A stretch of DNA of 64,000 nt from an uncultured Methylomirabilota bacterium (GCA_963714585.1 CAVQPC010000077.1:3878-67877); one strand, 5' to 3'; counted from the stretch's first letter, positions 30,438-40,840 are shown. Made by a program: numbers and translations. The notes: generated by a model not told the origin, from the sequence alone.

Positions 30438-30806
30438 TCACTTCCAGATCCCCTGCCTCAGCTTGGCCACGACGGCGGCGTGATCCGCCTCCGTGGGAGG
30501 CGGGGTGACGACGTGGAAAGCCACAAGCTTCGTTTCAGCCTTCAGCCCCCGGGCCTCTCCTGCGGGGATGAAGGCGACGGAGCCGGCGCCCACCGGCTCG
30601 TCCCGGTCGCCGGCCACGAGCCGGCCCTCTCCCTCCAGGATGGCGAGGGTGAGATCCACGCCCGGCTGGTGGACCGGGATGAACTGCCCGGGCTCCAGGC
30701 AGACCAGGAGCACCTTCACCCGCTCGTTTCCCGCCAGGGCCACCGGATTGAACCGATCCTTGGCGAAGGCCACGCGATCCCGATAGGCGGACACGAGGAC
30801 GCTCAT
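30438..30806 (-). CDS. cupin-domain protein
   Basis: VLLVCLEPGQFIPVHQPGVDLTLAILEGEGRLVAGD...FIPAGEARGL is a cupin two-motif pattern. Confidence 0.8.
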   Translation of the reverse strand: MSVLVSAYRDRVAFAKDRFNPVALAGNERVKVLLVCLEPGQFIPVHQPGVDLTLAILEGEGRLVAGDRDEPVGAGSVAFIPAGEARGLKAETKLVAFHVVTPPPTEADHAAVVAKLRQGIWK

Positions 30807-31012
30807 GAGTCCCTCCAGTGCGGATGGCCCTGTTGCCTGGCCTGGCCTCCGCCGCTTCCTGCATCATTGCACCTCCAGGACTCCAGGACGCCGACCGAAC
30901 CGAGGAGGACGTTCCGGATGTCGTGGTCCACGAAGGTATATTTGCCAGGCTGGGGGATGACCAGGTCGAACACCACCCCCTCTCCCAGAATTGCTGCCGG
31001 CGCCCCGCACGG
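30805..31012 (-). pseudogene. possible C-terminal scrap of a cupredoxin-type copper protein
   Basis: GVVFDLVIPQPGKYTFVDHDIRNVLLGSVGVL resembles the last strand region of a blue-copper domain; there is no proper start and it follows the TAG of the upstream gene in the same frame. Confidence 0.3.
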
Positions 31013-31231
31013 CTACTCGCCCGAAGTCCCGTCGGGGAAAGCGCGGCCCCACGTATTCCCACGCTTCAGGCACTGCCACTTGGGCGATGTGGCCTCGACT
31101 ACACAGCCACCGAGGATGATTCTTCGGTCAGGATACTCGGCTTTTACGTCCGAGGTCACCGTGCCGTATATGACCTGCGCGATCTCCCGCGACCCGCAGC
31201 GTTGGCAATAGGGGTCTTCCCACGGTTTCAT
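31013..31231 (-). CDS. small zinc-ribbon-like protein (72 aa)
   Basis: Two Cys pairs: CQRCGS ... GGCVV...WQC; its start codon lies inside repeat copy C. Confidence 0.5.
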   Translation of the reverse strand: MKPWEDPYCQRCGSREIAQVIYGTVTSDVKAEYPDRRIILGGCVVEATSPKWQCLKRGNTWGRAFPDGTSGE

Positions 31232-31232
31232 C

Positions 31233-31343
31233 CTGCAGCCCCCTGCACCGCGAGGCCGGTTCTTCCGTGACGCTGGCGAGACGGCCGGACCCGTCGCTCC
31301 GACGTCCCGATCAACGGGAATAGTTTTCGTACGTGCGCTACGT
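31233..31343 (+). repeat. cassette-boundary repeat, copy C (left part replaced by the zinc-ribbon gene)
   Basis: CTGCAGCCCCCTGCACCGCGAGG...CGGCCGGACCCGTCGCTCCGACGTCCCGATCAACGGGAAT aligns with copies A and B. Confidence 0.75.
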
Positions 31344-32496
31344 CCCCCTCGCCCACGCGTCCGCCGGAAACGGCATCAATGGGGGGGAGCGCCGTGCGCT
31401 GCAGCGTTGCGAGACCTTCCCTCACATTGGTCGGGGACCGCACGGCACGCAGCCCCTGGGGCTCACACCAGGGGCCAGCAGGGAGAATGTAGTAATCTCA
31501 AGGCCGTCCCCCATTTTCCCTTCGTCCCTCGCCTCGAGAGTCCACTCAGTCAACAACGCATTACGGGTCCCGCATTACGCGTTATGACGCGAGGTGGGCC
31601 GGCTCGTCAAATAGGGGTATGCGATGGGGCCGCTCGCGTCTCCCCGCTGCGGGGGCGGCAGCCGATCCTCACCAGTGTCGGGCACCTGGCGGTGTTCGAG
31701 ATGACCCCAGACCCCCCGGGCTCTCCCTCACCCGCTCCCACAGTCCGGCCGCGTTCCTCGCCGCCCAGCCCCACCCCGGGATCCCATGGTCGGTGGCGGT
31801 CGCCCAAATTCGCCGAGTGCCCCTCCCGAACCCCTGAGCCAATGCGGCCCCGGCGAAGCGCTCTCCGCACCCTTTGGGCTTGACATCGGTCCCCCGCCTG
31901 TGGGAAGCTTAAACGGGTTGGGCCCGTGCCCTGGCATGCCTCGGCCTCGCGGGCGTCGGGGCCCGACACCGCCCAAGAGAATATTCGGAGTACGTCACCA
32001 TCACCAGTTCCAGGCCATAGGGTCCGCGAACTCTACATCGAGAAGAGTGGCGGTCCTGTGCGGTGCAGGCTTGCTGGGTTCGCCGGCCGCGGCCAGGATG
32101 TGGATGTGACTCTCCTGCCTATCCACCTCGTTGCCGGTGCTCCACTGGGAGTCAGCCGCGTCGTCGCACCCCCGCACTGCCCGCTCCGATCCGCGCCAGC
32201 CCCTTCCAACAGGGCCGGCGAGCCTCCCGGAAAGCAGCTTCGCCTAGTCGCCCCCGGCACCCCGGCGGCGGCACAGTCCCCCGGAGACTGCCTTGGTCCC
32301 CGCCGGGATCCCCGCGTCGCACTTGACTCCACCTTCGACCGCGCGGTATCGGGGATCCAGGCCGAACGTCACGGGCCCGCTTCCCAGCAGGGACGCATAC
32401 CGCGGCCCAGATCACCGTGTCCGAGAAGGGGCGTCATGTTTCCCACGCTCTGCGCCACGTGAGCCCCATGCTGTGGACTGGCTGAGAGCGTCTCCT

Positions 32497-34737
32497 ATGC
32501 GGCGTCTGTTCCAGGCTGCGACCCTCGGGCTGGTGACGGGAACGCTCGGACTGCTCCTGAGCCTGCTCCCGCTCTGGCTTGATGTGGAGGAGCAGGTCGG
32601 CCTCGGAGTGCTGTTCTCCCTCCGCGGGAGCCGCCCGCCGCCCGAGGACGTGGTGATTGTGAGCATCGACCGGTCCTCGGCCGAGACGCTGGACCTGCCG
32701 GCCGACCCCGCGAAGTGGCCCCGGTCACTCCACGCGCGACTCACTGACAGCCTGGTGCGGGCGGGAGCCAAGGTCATTGCCTTCGACATCTTCTTCGAGC
32801 AGCCGCGCGCCGCCGAAGAAGACGCGCGCTTCGCCGCCTCGATTGCCCGCGCGCGAAACGTGGTGCTCTCGGAATACCTTGCCCAGGACACGGTGGCCCT
32901 GGACAGTCAGACTGGCGGAGCGGGCCGGCTCAACATCGAGCGTCTCGTGTCCCCGATCCCGATCCTCGCCGAGGCCGCCGTCGCCTCCGCGGCCTTTCCG
33001 TTACCCAAGCTGCCCGTCCGCCTGAATCAGTACTGGAAGTTCAAGAGCGAGGCAGGCGCGGGGCCTACCCTCCCCGTCGTCGCCCTCCAGGTGTTCGCCG
33101 TCGAGGAGTACGACGACCTCATCCGCCTGCTGGCGGGACTGCGACCCGGGCGGGCAGCGATGCTGCCCCCGGACGGGCGGACTCTTCTGGCCGCGGGCCA
33201 CGTGGAAGCGGTCATCCTGAAGCTCAAGGCCGTGTTCGAGTCGGAGCCCGGGCTGGCGAACGCGATGCTCGAGGCCGCCCGGACAGGACTGGGCGGTCCC
33301 CCCGAACGTCTCCTGCGCCTCCAGGCCCTGATCAGGATGTACCAGGGGCCGGACAGCGCGTATCTGAACTTCTACGGGCCGCCCCGCACGCTGCGGACGG
33401 TTCCCTATCATCGGGTTCTTTCTGCGGAGACCACTGCGGATCTCGAAAGGCTCGGGCTGCAGGGCAAGGCGGTGTTCGTCGGCCTCTCCGACTATCTCCG
33501 GCCCGAGCAGAAGGATGGCTTCTACACCGTCTTCTCGCAGGGGGGGATCGACATCAGCGGGGCCGAGGTGGCAGCCACCGCCTTTGCCAATCTGCTCACC
33601 GATCGACACGTACGGCCGCTCGGACTCCTCGGACACATCGCCGTCGTCTTCTCAGGCGGCATCCTGGTCGGCGGCATCTGTGCTGTCTTCACCCCCGTCC
33701 GGGCGGCAGCCGCCGCCCTCGGGCTGGCGGTGGCATATCTGGCCCTGGCCGCTTCTCGGTTCGCGGTTGCCGATGCCTGGTATCCCATCACGGCGCCACT
33801 CCTCTTCGAGATCCCCGCTGCGTTCGTGGGCGCCATCCTGTGGCGATACACCGACACCAACCGCGAGCGGCAGGAGATGCGCAAGGTGTTCTCGTACTAC
33901 CTGCCCCATACCGTGATCGATGAATTGCTCCGCAACACGGCCGGCATGGCCTCGAGCGGGCGGATGGTCTACGGCATCTGCCTCGCCACCGACGCCGAGC
34001 GGTACACGAGCCTGGCCGAATCCATGGAGCCTGACGAGCTGGCGCGCTTCGTCAACCGGTACTACGCAGTTGTCTTCGATCCGATTCGCCGCTACGGAGG
34101 GACGATCTCCGATGTGGTGGGTGATGCGGCGCTGGCCATCTGGGCGGCGGCCGCCCCCGACGCGGCGCTCCGGAGCCGGGCCTGCCACGCCGCCTGCGAG
34201 CTCTCGGCGGCGGTGGACCGCTTCAATCGGGAGCCGGCGAGCGTCCACCTGCCCACCCGCATCGGCCTCCATTCGGGGCGGATGGTGCTCGGGCACGTCG
34301 GAGCCATGGACCATTACGAGTACAGGGCGATTGGCGACATCGTGAACACCGCCACCCGTATCCAGGAACTCAACAAGCGGTTCCGAACCCGCATTCTCGC
34401 CTCCGACGACGTCCTCGTCGGGCTCGACGACTTCCTTACCCGGCGGCTCGGCGCCTTCATCCTGGCCGGCAAGTCGAAGCCGCTCGTGATCCACGAGCTG
34501 ATCTGCCGCCGGGACGAGGCCGGTGAGCGGCAGCGCCGGATGGCAGTGCTTTTCACCGAGGGCGTGGCTGCCTACGAGGAGCAGTGCTGGCTCAAAGCGA
34601 GCGAGGCGTTCGGCGCCTGCCTGGGGGAGGGCGGGGGCGACGAGGCCGCGCGCTTCTATCTGAACGCCTGCGCCGAGCATCGAGCCCGCCGCCCCGCCGA
34701 GCCGTGGGAGGCGGTGTTCCGGATGGAGACGAAGTGA
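32497..34737 (+). CDS. CHASE2 sensor domain adenylate/guanylate cyclase (class III)
   Basis: N-terminal TM, periplasmic CHASE2 region, three TM segments, then a cyclase domain (GDAALAIWAA...RIGLHSGRMVLGHVG...YRAIGDIVNTATRIQ). Confidence 0.9.
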   Translation: MRRLFQAATLGLVTGTLGLLLSLLPLWLDVEEQVGLGVLFSLRGSRPPPEDVVIVSIDRSSAETLDLPADPAKWPRSLHARLTDSLVRAGAKVIAFDIFFEQPRAAEEDARFAASIARARNVVLSEYLAQDTVALDSQTGGAGRLNIERLVSPIPILAEAAVASAAFPLPKLPVRLNQYWKFKSEAGAGPTLPVVALQVFAVEEYDDLIRLLAGLRPGRAAMLPPDGRTLLAAGHVEAVILKLKAVFESEPGLANAMLEAARTGLGGPPERLLRLQALIRMYQGPDSAYLNFYGPPRTLRTVPYHRVLSAETTADLERLGLQGKAVFVGLSDYLRPEQKDGFYTVFSQGGIDISGAEVAATAFANLLTDRHVRPLGLLGHIAVVFSGGILVGGICAVFTPVRAAAAALGLAVAYLALAASRFAVADAWYPITAPLLFEIPAAFVGAILWRYTDTNRERQEMRKVFSYYLPHTVIDELLRNTAGMASSGRMVYGICLATDAERYTSLAESMEPDELARFVNRYYAVVFDPIRRYGGTISDVVGDAALAIWAAAAPDAALRSRACHAACELSAAVDRFNREPASVHLPTRIGLHSGRMVLGHVGAMDHYEYRAIGDIVNTATRIQELNKRFRTRILASDDVLVGLDDFLTRRLGAFILAGKSKPLVIHELICRRDEAGERQRRMAVLFTEGVAAYEEQCWLKASEAFGACLGEGGGDEAARFYLNACAEHRARRPAEPWEAVFRMETK

Positions 34738-37700
34738 GACGGGTCTGGGCGGCCCTGGTACTGGCGGCCTGGCTGTGCCCGGGGCTCGCGGCGGCGGCCG
34801 TCTGCGAGGAGTGGGTGGCCAGCATGGTGTCGGCGCAGGGGACGATCCAGGCCCGCCGGGGCGGGGAGAGCGAGTGGCTGCACACGGGAGTCGGCGATCG
34901 CTTCTGCCCCGGTGACTCGATCCGGGCCCTGGACCAAAGTCGGGCGGCGGTCCTGCTCCGCAATGAGGCGGTCCTCCGTCTCGACCAGAACACGACGATC
35001 ACGCTGACCGTCGTCAAGGACGCCCCCGCGACCTGGGTGGACCTCCTGCGGGGCATCGTGCACTTTCTCAGCCGTCTGCCACGCGGGCTCAAGGTGCTGA
35101 CGCCGTTCGTGAACGGCACCGTGGAGGGGACGGAGTTCGTGTTCGAGGTGGCGCCCGACCGGGCCGTCCTGACGGTCCTCGAGGGACGCGTGGCCGCCGA
35201 GAACGCGATGGGACGGCTGACCGTGGCGACCGGACAGGCGGTCGTCGCCAGGCCGGGACAGCCGCCCATGCCGCTGGCCGTCGTTCGCCCGCGGGATGCC
35301 GTGCAGTGGGCGCTCTATTATCCGTCGATCCTCGACTATCGGGCCACCGACTTTCCCGACATCGCGGGTGAGGACTGGCCGGCGTGGGTGCGCCGGTCAA
35401 TCGAGGCCTACCGGAAGGGAGACCTCGCCGGAGCCTTCGCCAGCCTGGAAGGCGTGGGGGCGGGCATCCCGGACCCGCGGTTCTTCACGTACCGGGCCGT
35501 CCTCCTGCTGTCGGTCGGCCGTGTGGAGGAGGCGAGATCGGACATCCGGAGGGCGCTCGCCCTGGATCCGAAGGACGGTCAGGCGCTCGCCCTCCTGTCG
35601 CTCATCGCGGTCGTCCAGAACGAGAAGGATGAGGCGCTACGGCTCGCGCGGTCGGCGGTCGAGTCCAGCCCGGCCTCGGCGGGAGCCTGGATCGCGCTCT
35701 CGTATGCCCAGCAGGCGAGCTTCAACCTCGAGGGCGCCCGGCGGAGCCTCGAGGAGGCCGTGAAGCTCGACCCGCAGAGCCCGACTGCACACGCCCGCCT
35801 GGCGGAGATCTGGCTATCGTTCGGGAAGGTGGGGGAAGCCCTGGCGGAAGCGAACGAGGCCGCGCGCCTGAGCCCGGATTACGCGCGCACGCGGACCGTC
35901 CAGGGCTTCGCCTACCTGGCCGAGGTGAAGATCAAAGCGGCGCAGGAGGCGTTCCAGCGGGCAATCGCCCTCGATCCCGCGGATCCGCTTCCACGCCTGG
36001 GGCTCGGGCTGGCCCGGATCCGGACGGGCGACCTCGATTCCGGTCGGCGCGAGATCGAGATCGCGGCCGCGCTCGACCCTGACAACTCGCTGATCCGGAG
36101 CTACCTCGGGAAGGCCTACTACGAGGAGAAGCGGGACGCCATCGCGGTGGAGGAATTCCGGCGGGCCAAGACGCTGGACCCGAACGATCCGACGCCCTGG
36201 TTCTACGACGCCATCGAGAAGCAGAGCGTGAACCAGCCGGTGGAGGCGTTGCACGACCTGCAGCGGGCGATCGCCCTGAACGATAATCGGGCCGTCTACC
36301 GCTCGCGCCTGCTGCTCGACGAGGACCTCGCCGCCCGGAGTGCCAGCCTGGCTCGGATCTACGACGACCTCGGCTTCCAGCAGCTCGCCTTGGCCGAAGG
36401 CTGGAAGTCCGTCTCCGCCGACCCCGCCAACTACTCCGCACACCGGTTCCTCGCCGACTCCTATTCTGTGCTGCCCCATCATGAGGTCGCGCGGGTGAGC
36501 GAGCTTCTCCAGTCCCAGCTCCTCCAGCCCATCAACCTCGTCCCGGTCGAGCCCCAACGGGCGGCCAGCCGGCTGTTCATCCTGTCGGGGACGGGCCCGA
36601 CGCAGCCGGGCTTCAACGAATTCAATGCCCTCTTCGAACGAAACCGCCTCTCCGCCTATGGCAGCGGGGTTGTAGGCGGGAACAGCACCTACGGTGACGC
36701 GCTCGCCCTCGCAGGTCTCTGGAATCAGCTCGCCTTCAGTCTCGGCCAGTTCCACTACGAGACGAACGGCTTTCGGCAGAACAACGATCTCACCCAGGAT
36801 ATCTATAATGTCTTCCTGCAGGGGAGCCTGTCCTACCAGACGAGCCTCTTTGGGGAGTTCCGGGACACCCGGCTTGAAAAGGGCGATCTTCCGCTGCGGT
36901 TCGATCCCGACAGCTTCAATCCTACCCTGCGGCAACATGAGGACACAGATTCCGCCCGCCTGGGCTTCCGTCACGCTTTCACCCCCGGTTCCCAACTCAT
37001 CGCATCTGCCGCATATGGAAAAGTGGACGCGACTGCGGATGTTGCGCCAGACATTGGCCTCAAATCGAAGGACGAAGGCTACACGGGAGAAATCCAGCAC
37101 CTCTTTCGCTGGAGATCATTCGATCTGACCAGTGGGGCCGGGTACTTCCGAGGGGATCGAAAGGATAGGTCCAGTGTCTTCGGGTTCGAGTCGGCCGAAG
37201 ATCGCACCATCCAGCACACCAATTTCTATCTCTACTCGTCCATCAACTACCCGAAACAGCTCGTGACTACACTGGGAGGCAGCGTAGACCTCTTCGACGG
37301 AATCGTGGAGCGAAATCAGGCCAACCCGAAGGTCGGCCTGGCCTGGACACCCCTACCCGGCACCACGCTGCGCGGCGCTGTCTTCAGAGTCGTGAAGAGA
37401 ACGCTGGTGTCGAATCAGACCATCGAACCGACGCAGGTGGCCGGCTTCAACCAGTTCTTCGACGACCCGGAGGGGACCACGGCCTGGCGCTACGGCATCG
37501 CGGTGGATCAGACCTTCTCCCGCGACCTGCACGCCGGTGCGGAAGCTCTCAAGACGGGACCTCCGCGTCCCGTTCACTGATCTCTCCGGGCCGGCACCAC
37601 AGATCCTGGAGGTTGATTGGCGCGAGGAAGTGGGCCGCGCATACGGGTACTGGACCCCGCATCCCTGGTGGGGGCTCAGCCTGGAGTATTACTTCGAACG

Positions 37701-38058
37701 CCTCCGCCGGGATCCTGGCTTTGTCGGGGAGGAGGAGATTCGCCGGGTCCGCACCCACCGCGTCCCGGTGGGGATCAACTTCTTCCATCCCTCCGGCGTG
37801 AGCGTACGTCTGCAAGCTACCTACGTGAACCAGCACGGCGAGTTTGGGGACCCGGCCTCGGGAACCGTGTCCGGGGGGGACCAATTTATTGTTGTGGACG
37901 CGTCCGTGGCGTACCGCTTGCCCAGACGGTGGGGTCTGCTCTCGCTGGAAGTCAAGAATCTCTTCAACCGACGCTTCCGGTTTCAGGAGAGCGATCCGGC
38001 GAGTCCGATCGTCTCCCCCGAGCTCTTGATTCTGGGCAAACTCACCCTGGCCTACTGA
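34734..38058 (+). pseudogene. FecR-domain / TPR-repeat / C-terminal beta-barrel outer-membrane protein with an interrupted reading frame
   Basis: GTGA overlap with the cyclase stop; signal peptide, FecR-like region, about 8 TPRs, beta-strand-rich C-terminus ending LGKLTLAY; frame switch at about 37525-37540. Confidence 0.75.
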
Positions 38059-38194
38059 CCAGCCATGAATCACGCCAGGCATCGGAACGAGGCACCACGG
38101 CGGGGAGGCCGTTCTCCCCCGTGCACCTCCAGCGGACAAGATGGCGCGTGTGTCAAGACCGAGCAGTCACACCCGGCACACAGGAGGGAGGCCC

Positions 38195-38452
38195 ATGAAG
38201 TTCGATCCAATCAGCCCACATCACAAATTCATGCTCAAGCATGACGAGAACGGAGTGGTCGATGGTGTGTCGGAAGAGGACGCTACTCCGTGGGAGGACC
38301 TCGGACCCGTTCCTCCAGATTATAACCCGCCAGGCACGATTCTCTTTGACAAAACCTTTCCAGGCAAACCCATTCGGTTGGTCAAGGAGCAACACAACCC
38401 GACTTGCTGGTACGTCATCGTGGGGGGCAGGGCCTATAGGATCTGCCAGTAG
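38195..38452 (+). CDS. hypothetical 85-aa protein
   Basis: Strong GGAGGGAGG RBS; no recognised domain; last gene of the cyclase module. Confidence 0.5.
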   Translation: MKFDPISPHHKFMLKHDENGVVDGVSEEDATPWEDLGPVPPDYNPPGTILFDKTFPGKPIRLVKEQHNPTCWYVIVGGRAYRICQ

Positions 38453-38527
38453 TGAACCGCCGTAGGTTCTGATATCGAAGACCGGCCGTCAAGGGGGATT
38501 TCTCAGCGGGAATACGGGACGGAATCC

Positions 38528-39584
38528 GGGACGTTGCCACTTTTGTCAACTCTATGATACCTTCATGCCCCTCATGCCTCGACAACCGCGCCTCGATGCG
38601 CCGGGGGTCCTGCACCATGTAATGGTGCGGGGCCTCGAGCGGCAGCCCATCTTCCGGGATGATGCCGACCGGGCCGACTTCGTCACGCGACTCGCGGCAC
38701 TGGCCGAGAGCGGCGCGCTGTGTGTCCTCGCATGGGCTCTCCTCCCGAATCACGCCCACCTCCTCGTCCGCACCGGCACGCGTGCCCTTCCCCGCAGCAT
38801 GCGAAGCCTTCTCACGGGCTACGCTGGAGCCTTCAACCGGCGGCACCGGCGGGTCGGGCACCTCTTCCAAAACCGGTACAAGTCCATCGTGGTGGAGGAG
38901 GAGCCCTACCTCCTGGAGTTGGTCCGCTACCTCCACCTGAACCCGCTCCGAGCGAAGGTCGTCTCGGATCTCCGTGCCCTCGCCCGCTATCCCTGGACTG
39001 GCCACAGCGCCCTGCTGGGGACCGTCTCCCGCCCCTGGCAGGCCACGGCGCAGGTCCTGGAGCAGTTTGGCCGCCCGCGTGCCCGGGCCCGGCAGGCCTA
39101 CCGAGCCTTCGTGGCGGAAGGGGCCTCCCAGGGTCGGCGGCCGGAACTCCAAGGGGGCGGCCTTTTGCGGAGCACCGGAGGCTGGGCTGCCGTCGCCGCA
39201 TTGCGTCGTGGTCGGGAGGCGTACCTGGGGGATGAACGGATCCTCGGGAGTCCGGAGTTCGTGGAAGAGATCCGGAGGGAAGTGGACAAGGTTTCGTCAC
39301 CACCTACACTACGGCTCACGGGCGAGGACGTCGTGGCCCGGGTCTGCCGCCACGTCGGCATTGCGCCGGAGAGGCTCCAGGGCGGCGGCCGGTCCCCCCA
39401 GATCACGCGTGCCCGAACTGGGATCGCTTACCTCTGGCTCGAGGTCCTGGGTCGCGCCGGTCGGTCCCTCGCGCCGGCCCTCGGAGTTCGGCCCCAGTCG
39501 GTGTACCGGGCCGCGGTGCGGGGCCGCGAGGAGAGCGGTGAGTGGAGGCAGTTGCTTACAAAGCGATGAAAGTGGCAACGTCCC
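38528..39584 (+). mobile_element. 1057-bp element: Y1 (IS200/RAYT-like) transposase gene bounded by perfect 16-bp inverted repeats
   Basis: GGGACGTTGCCACTTT at 38528-38543 and its exact reverse complement at 39569-39584. Confidence 0.7.
38565..39569 (+). CDS. IS200-like / REP-associated tyrosine (Y1) transposase with a C-terminal DnaA-C-like HTH
   Basis: HHVMVRG...WALLPNHAHLLVRT...GHLFQNRYKS HUH/Y1 motifs; C-terminal ITRARTGIAYLWLEVLG. Confidence 0.85.
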   Translation: MPLMPRQPRLDAPGVLHHVMVRGLERQPIFRDDADRADFVTRLAALAESGALCVLAWALLPNHAHLLVRTGTRALPRSMRSLLTGYAGAFNRRHRRVGHLFQNRYKSIVVEEEPYLLELVRYLHLNPLRAKVVSDLRALARYPWTGHSALLGTVSRPWQATAQVLEQFGRPRARARQAYRAFVAEGASQGRRPELQGGGLLRSTGGWAAVAALRRGREAYLGDERILGSPEFVEEIRREVDKVSSPPTLRLTGEDVVARVCRHVGIAPERLQGGGRSPQITRARTGIAYLWLEVLGRAGRSLAPALGVRPQSVYRAAVRGREESGEWRQLLTKR

Positions 39585-39657
39585 CCATGTCGGCACGGGG
39601 CCGCGGGAGAGCGGTGAGTGGAGGCAGTTGGTTACAAAGCGATGAAAGCGGCAACGT
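39520..39657 (+). repeat. tandem duplication (about 77-bp period, 2 copies) of the right end of the Y1 element
   Basis: GGGGCCGCG(AG)GAGAGCGGTGAGTGGAGGCAGTTG(C/G)TTACAAAGCGATGAAAG(T/C)GGCAACGT occurs at 39520-39581 and 39597-39657. Confidence 0.8.
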
Positions 39658-39787
39658 GGTGCGGGCCGCGGTCCAGGCCTTCATCGAGCGCTACAACCAG
39701 GCCTGGCTCGTCGAGAAGAACGGCTTCCGGAGCCCGGCGCAGGCCCGGGCGGCTTGGCTCGCGGCCGCCCTGCCGGTGGCCGCGTGA
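39656..39787 (+). pseudogene. C-terminal scrap of an rve-type (IS481/IS3-like) integrase
   Basis: VVRAAVQAFIERYNQAWLVEKNGFRSPAQARAAW matches the extreme C-terminus of DDE integrase-core transposases; nothing lies upstream. Confidence 0.5.
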
Positions 39788-40120
39788 TCAACAACCTTGT
39801 GTCCAGGGAACCGGGCGCGCTACACCGGCACCAAGAAGCTTTTGAGGTTCCGCTCGTCCCGCAACCCTCTCTGGGCGCCCGCATCCGCTAACCTGGCGCC
39901 GATACCCAGTGCGAACCGCTCCGGGCAGCGGATCCTGGCTTCGCGAAAGACCGGGATTCGACGGCATCATCCATGAGGGTTCGACACCCCTTCCGCAAAC
40001 AGACCCCGGGGGCCGCTTTGCGGAACGGCGGTGGGGGTGATCAACCCTTCCGGCTTGCAGTGGGTCTGGCTGGGGAGAGGCTGGGCCCTGCTTGCGTCGC
40101 ACATCTGCAGAAAATACCGC

Positions 40121-40153
40121 TTGACAATATCATGCACACGGTAAATTATACCA
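40121..40153 (+). promoter_or_regulatory. AT-rich candidate promoter/operator upstream of the Fur-family gene
   Basis: TTGACA (40121-40126) followed by ATATCATGCACACGGTAAATTATACC, a locally AT-rich stretch in GC-rich DNA. Confidence 0.4.
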
Positions 40154-40259
40154 TCTATAGAAAGAGATGGGCCGCGCTCCATTCCTCCGAGGGGCGACAT
40201 CACAGTCACCGAGCGATTGCTCGAGGCGGACGTCGCGTCGAGCGCGGGCGGAGGAGACT

Positions 40260-40781
40260 GTGCCGACGAAATCGGATCCAGTCCAGCAATTCAAGGCCAT
40301 CTGCCGGGCCCAGGGCCTGCCGGTCACCGTGCAGCGCCGCCGGATCTTCGAAGCCCTCCTGGGCCGGACGGACCACCCCACGCCCGATCAGGTCTACGCC
40401 GCCGTCAAGGACACGCTCCCCGGCGTGTCGCACACCACGGTCTACCGCGTGCTGGAGACGCTCGTGGCCCTCGGCGTGCTCGCGAAGGCGTGCACCCCCG
40501 GCGCCGCCACCCGGGTCGATCCGCGGACCGTTCGGCATCACCACCTCGTCTGCCAGCGCTGCGACCGGCTGTTCGATGTTGAGGATACGGCCGTCGACCA
40601 CCGCATCCGCCCGCCCGACGTCAGGCGCCAGGGGTTCACCATCCAGGCGTACTCCATCTATTTCACCGGCCTGTGCGCCGCCTGCCAGCAAGCGGAGGGG
40701 GCATCCCGTCGTGCGACGCTCCCGGCCAGCAGGCCAGCCCGGCAGGCAGCCATCTCCAAACGCAAGGCGCCGCGCTCCTGA
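40260..40781 (+). CDS. Fur-family metalloregulator (PerR/Fur-like)
   Basis: [13 protein letters not shown]...[11 protein letters not shown] winged helix; [14 protein letters not shown] and C-terminal CAAC metal sites; GGAGGAG RBS with GTG start. Confidence 0.85.
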   Translation: MPTKSDPVQQFKAICRAQGLPVTVQRRRIFEALLGRTDHPTPDQVYAAVKDTLPGVSHTTVYRVLETLVALGVLAKACTPGAATRVDPRTVRHHHLVCQRCDRLFDVEDTAVDHRIRPPDVRRQGFTIQAYSIYFTGLCAACQQAEGASRRATLPASRPARQAAISKRKAPRS

Positions 40782-40840
40782 GGCCAGCCAGCCGCGGCGT
40801 GACACCCCGCAACACCACACCCCAGGGAACGCGAAGGATT

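Noticed and set aside
28572-31343. The three cassette-boundary repeats as a CRISPR array
   Set aside because: The units are 110-180 bp, only about 80% identical, separated by 0.8-1.5 kb of protein-coding DNA, and no cas genes are present.
31344-32496. Degraded integron integrase (intI) in the gene-free gap
   Set aside because: No R..H..R..Y recombinase box motifs (HxLRH, LLGH) are visible in any of the six frames.
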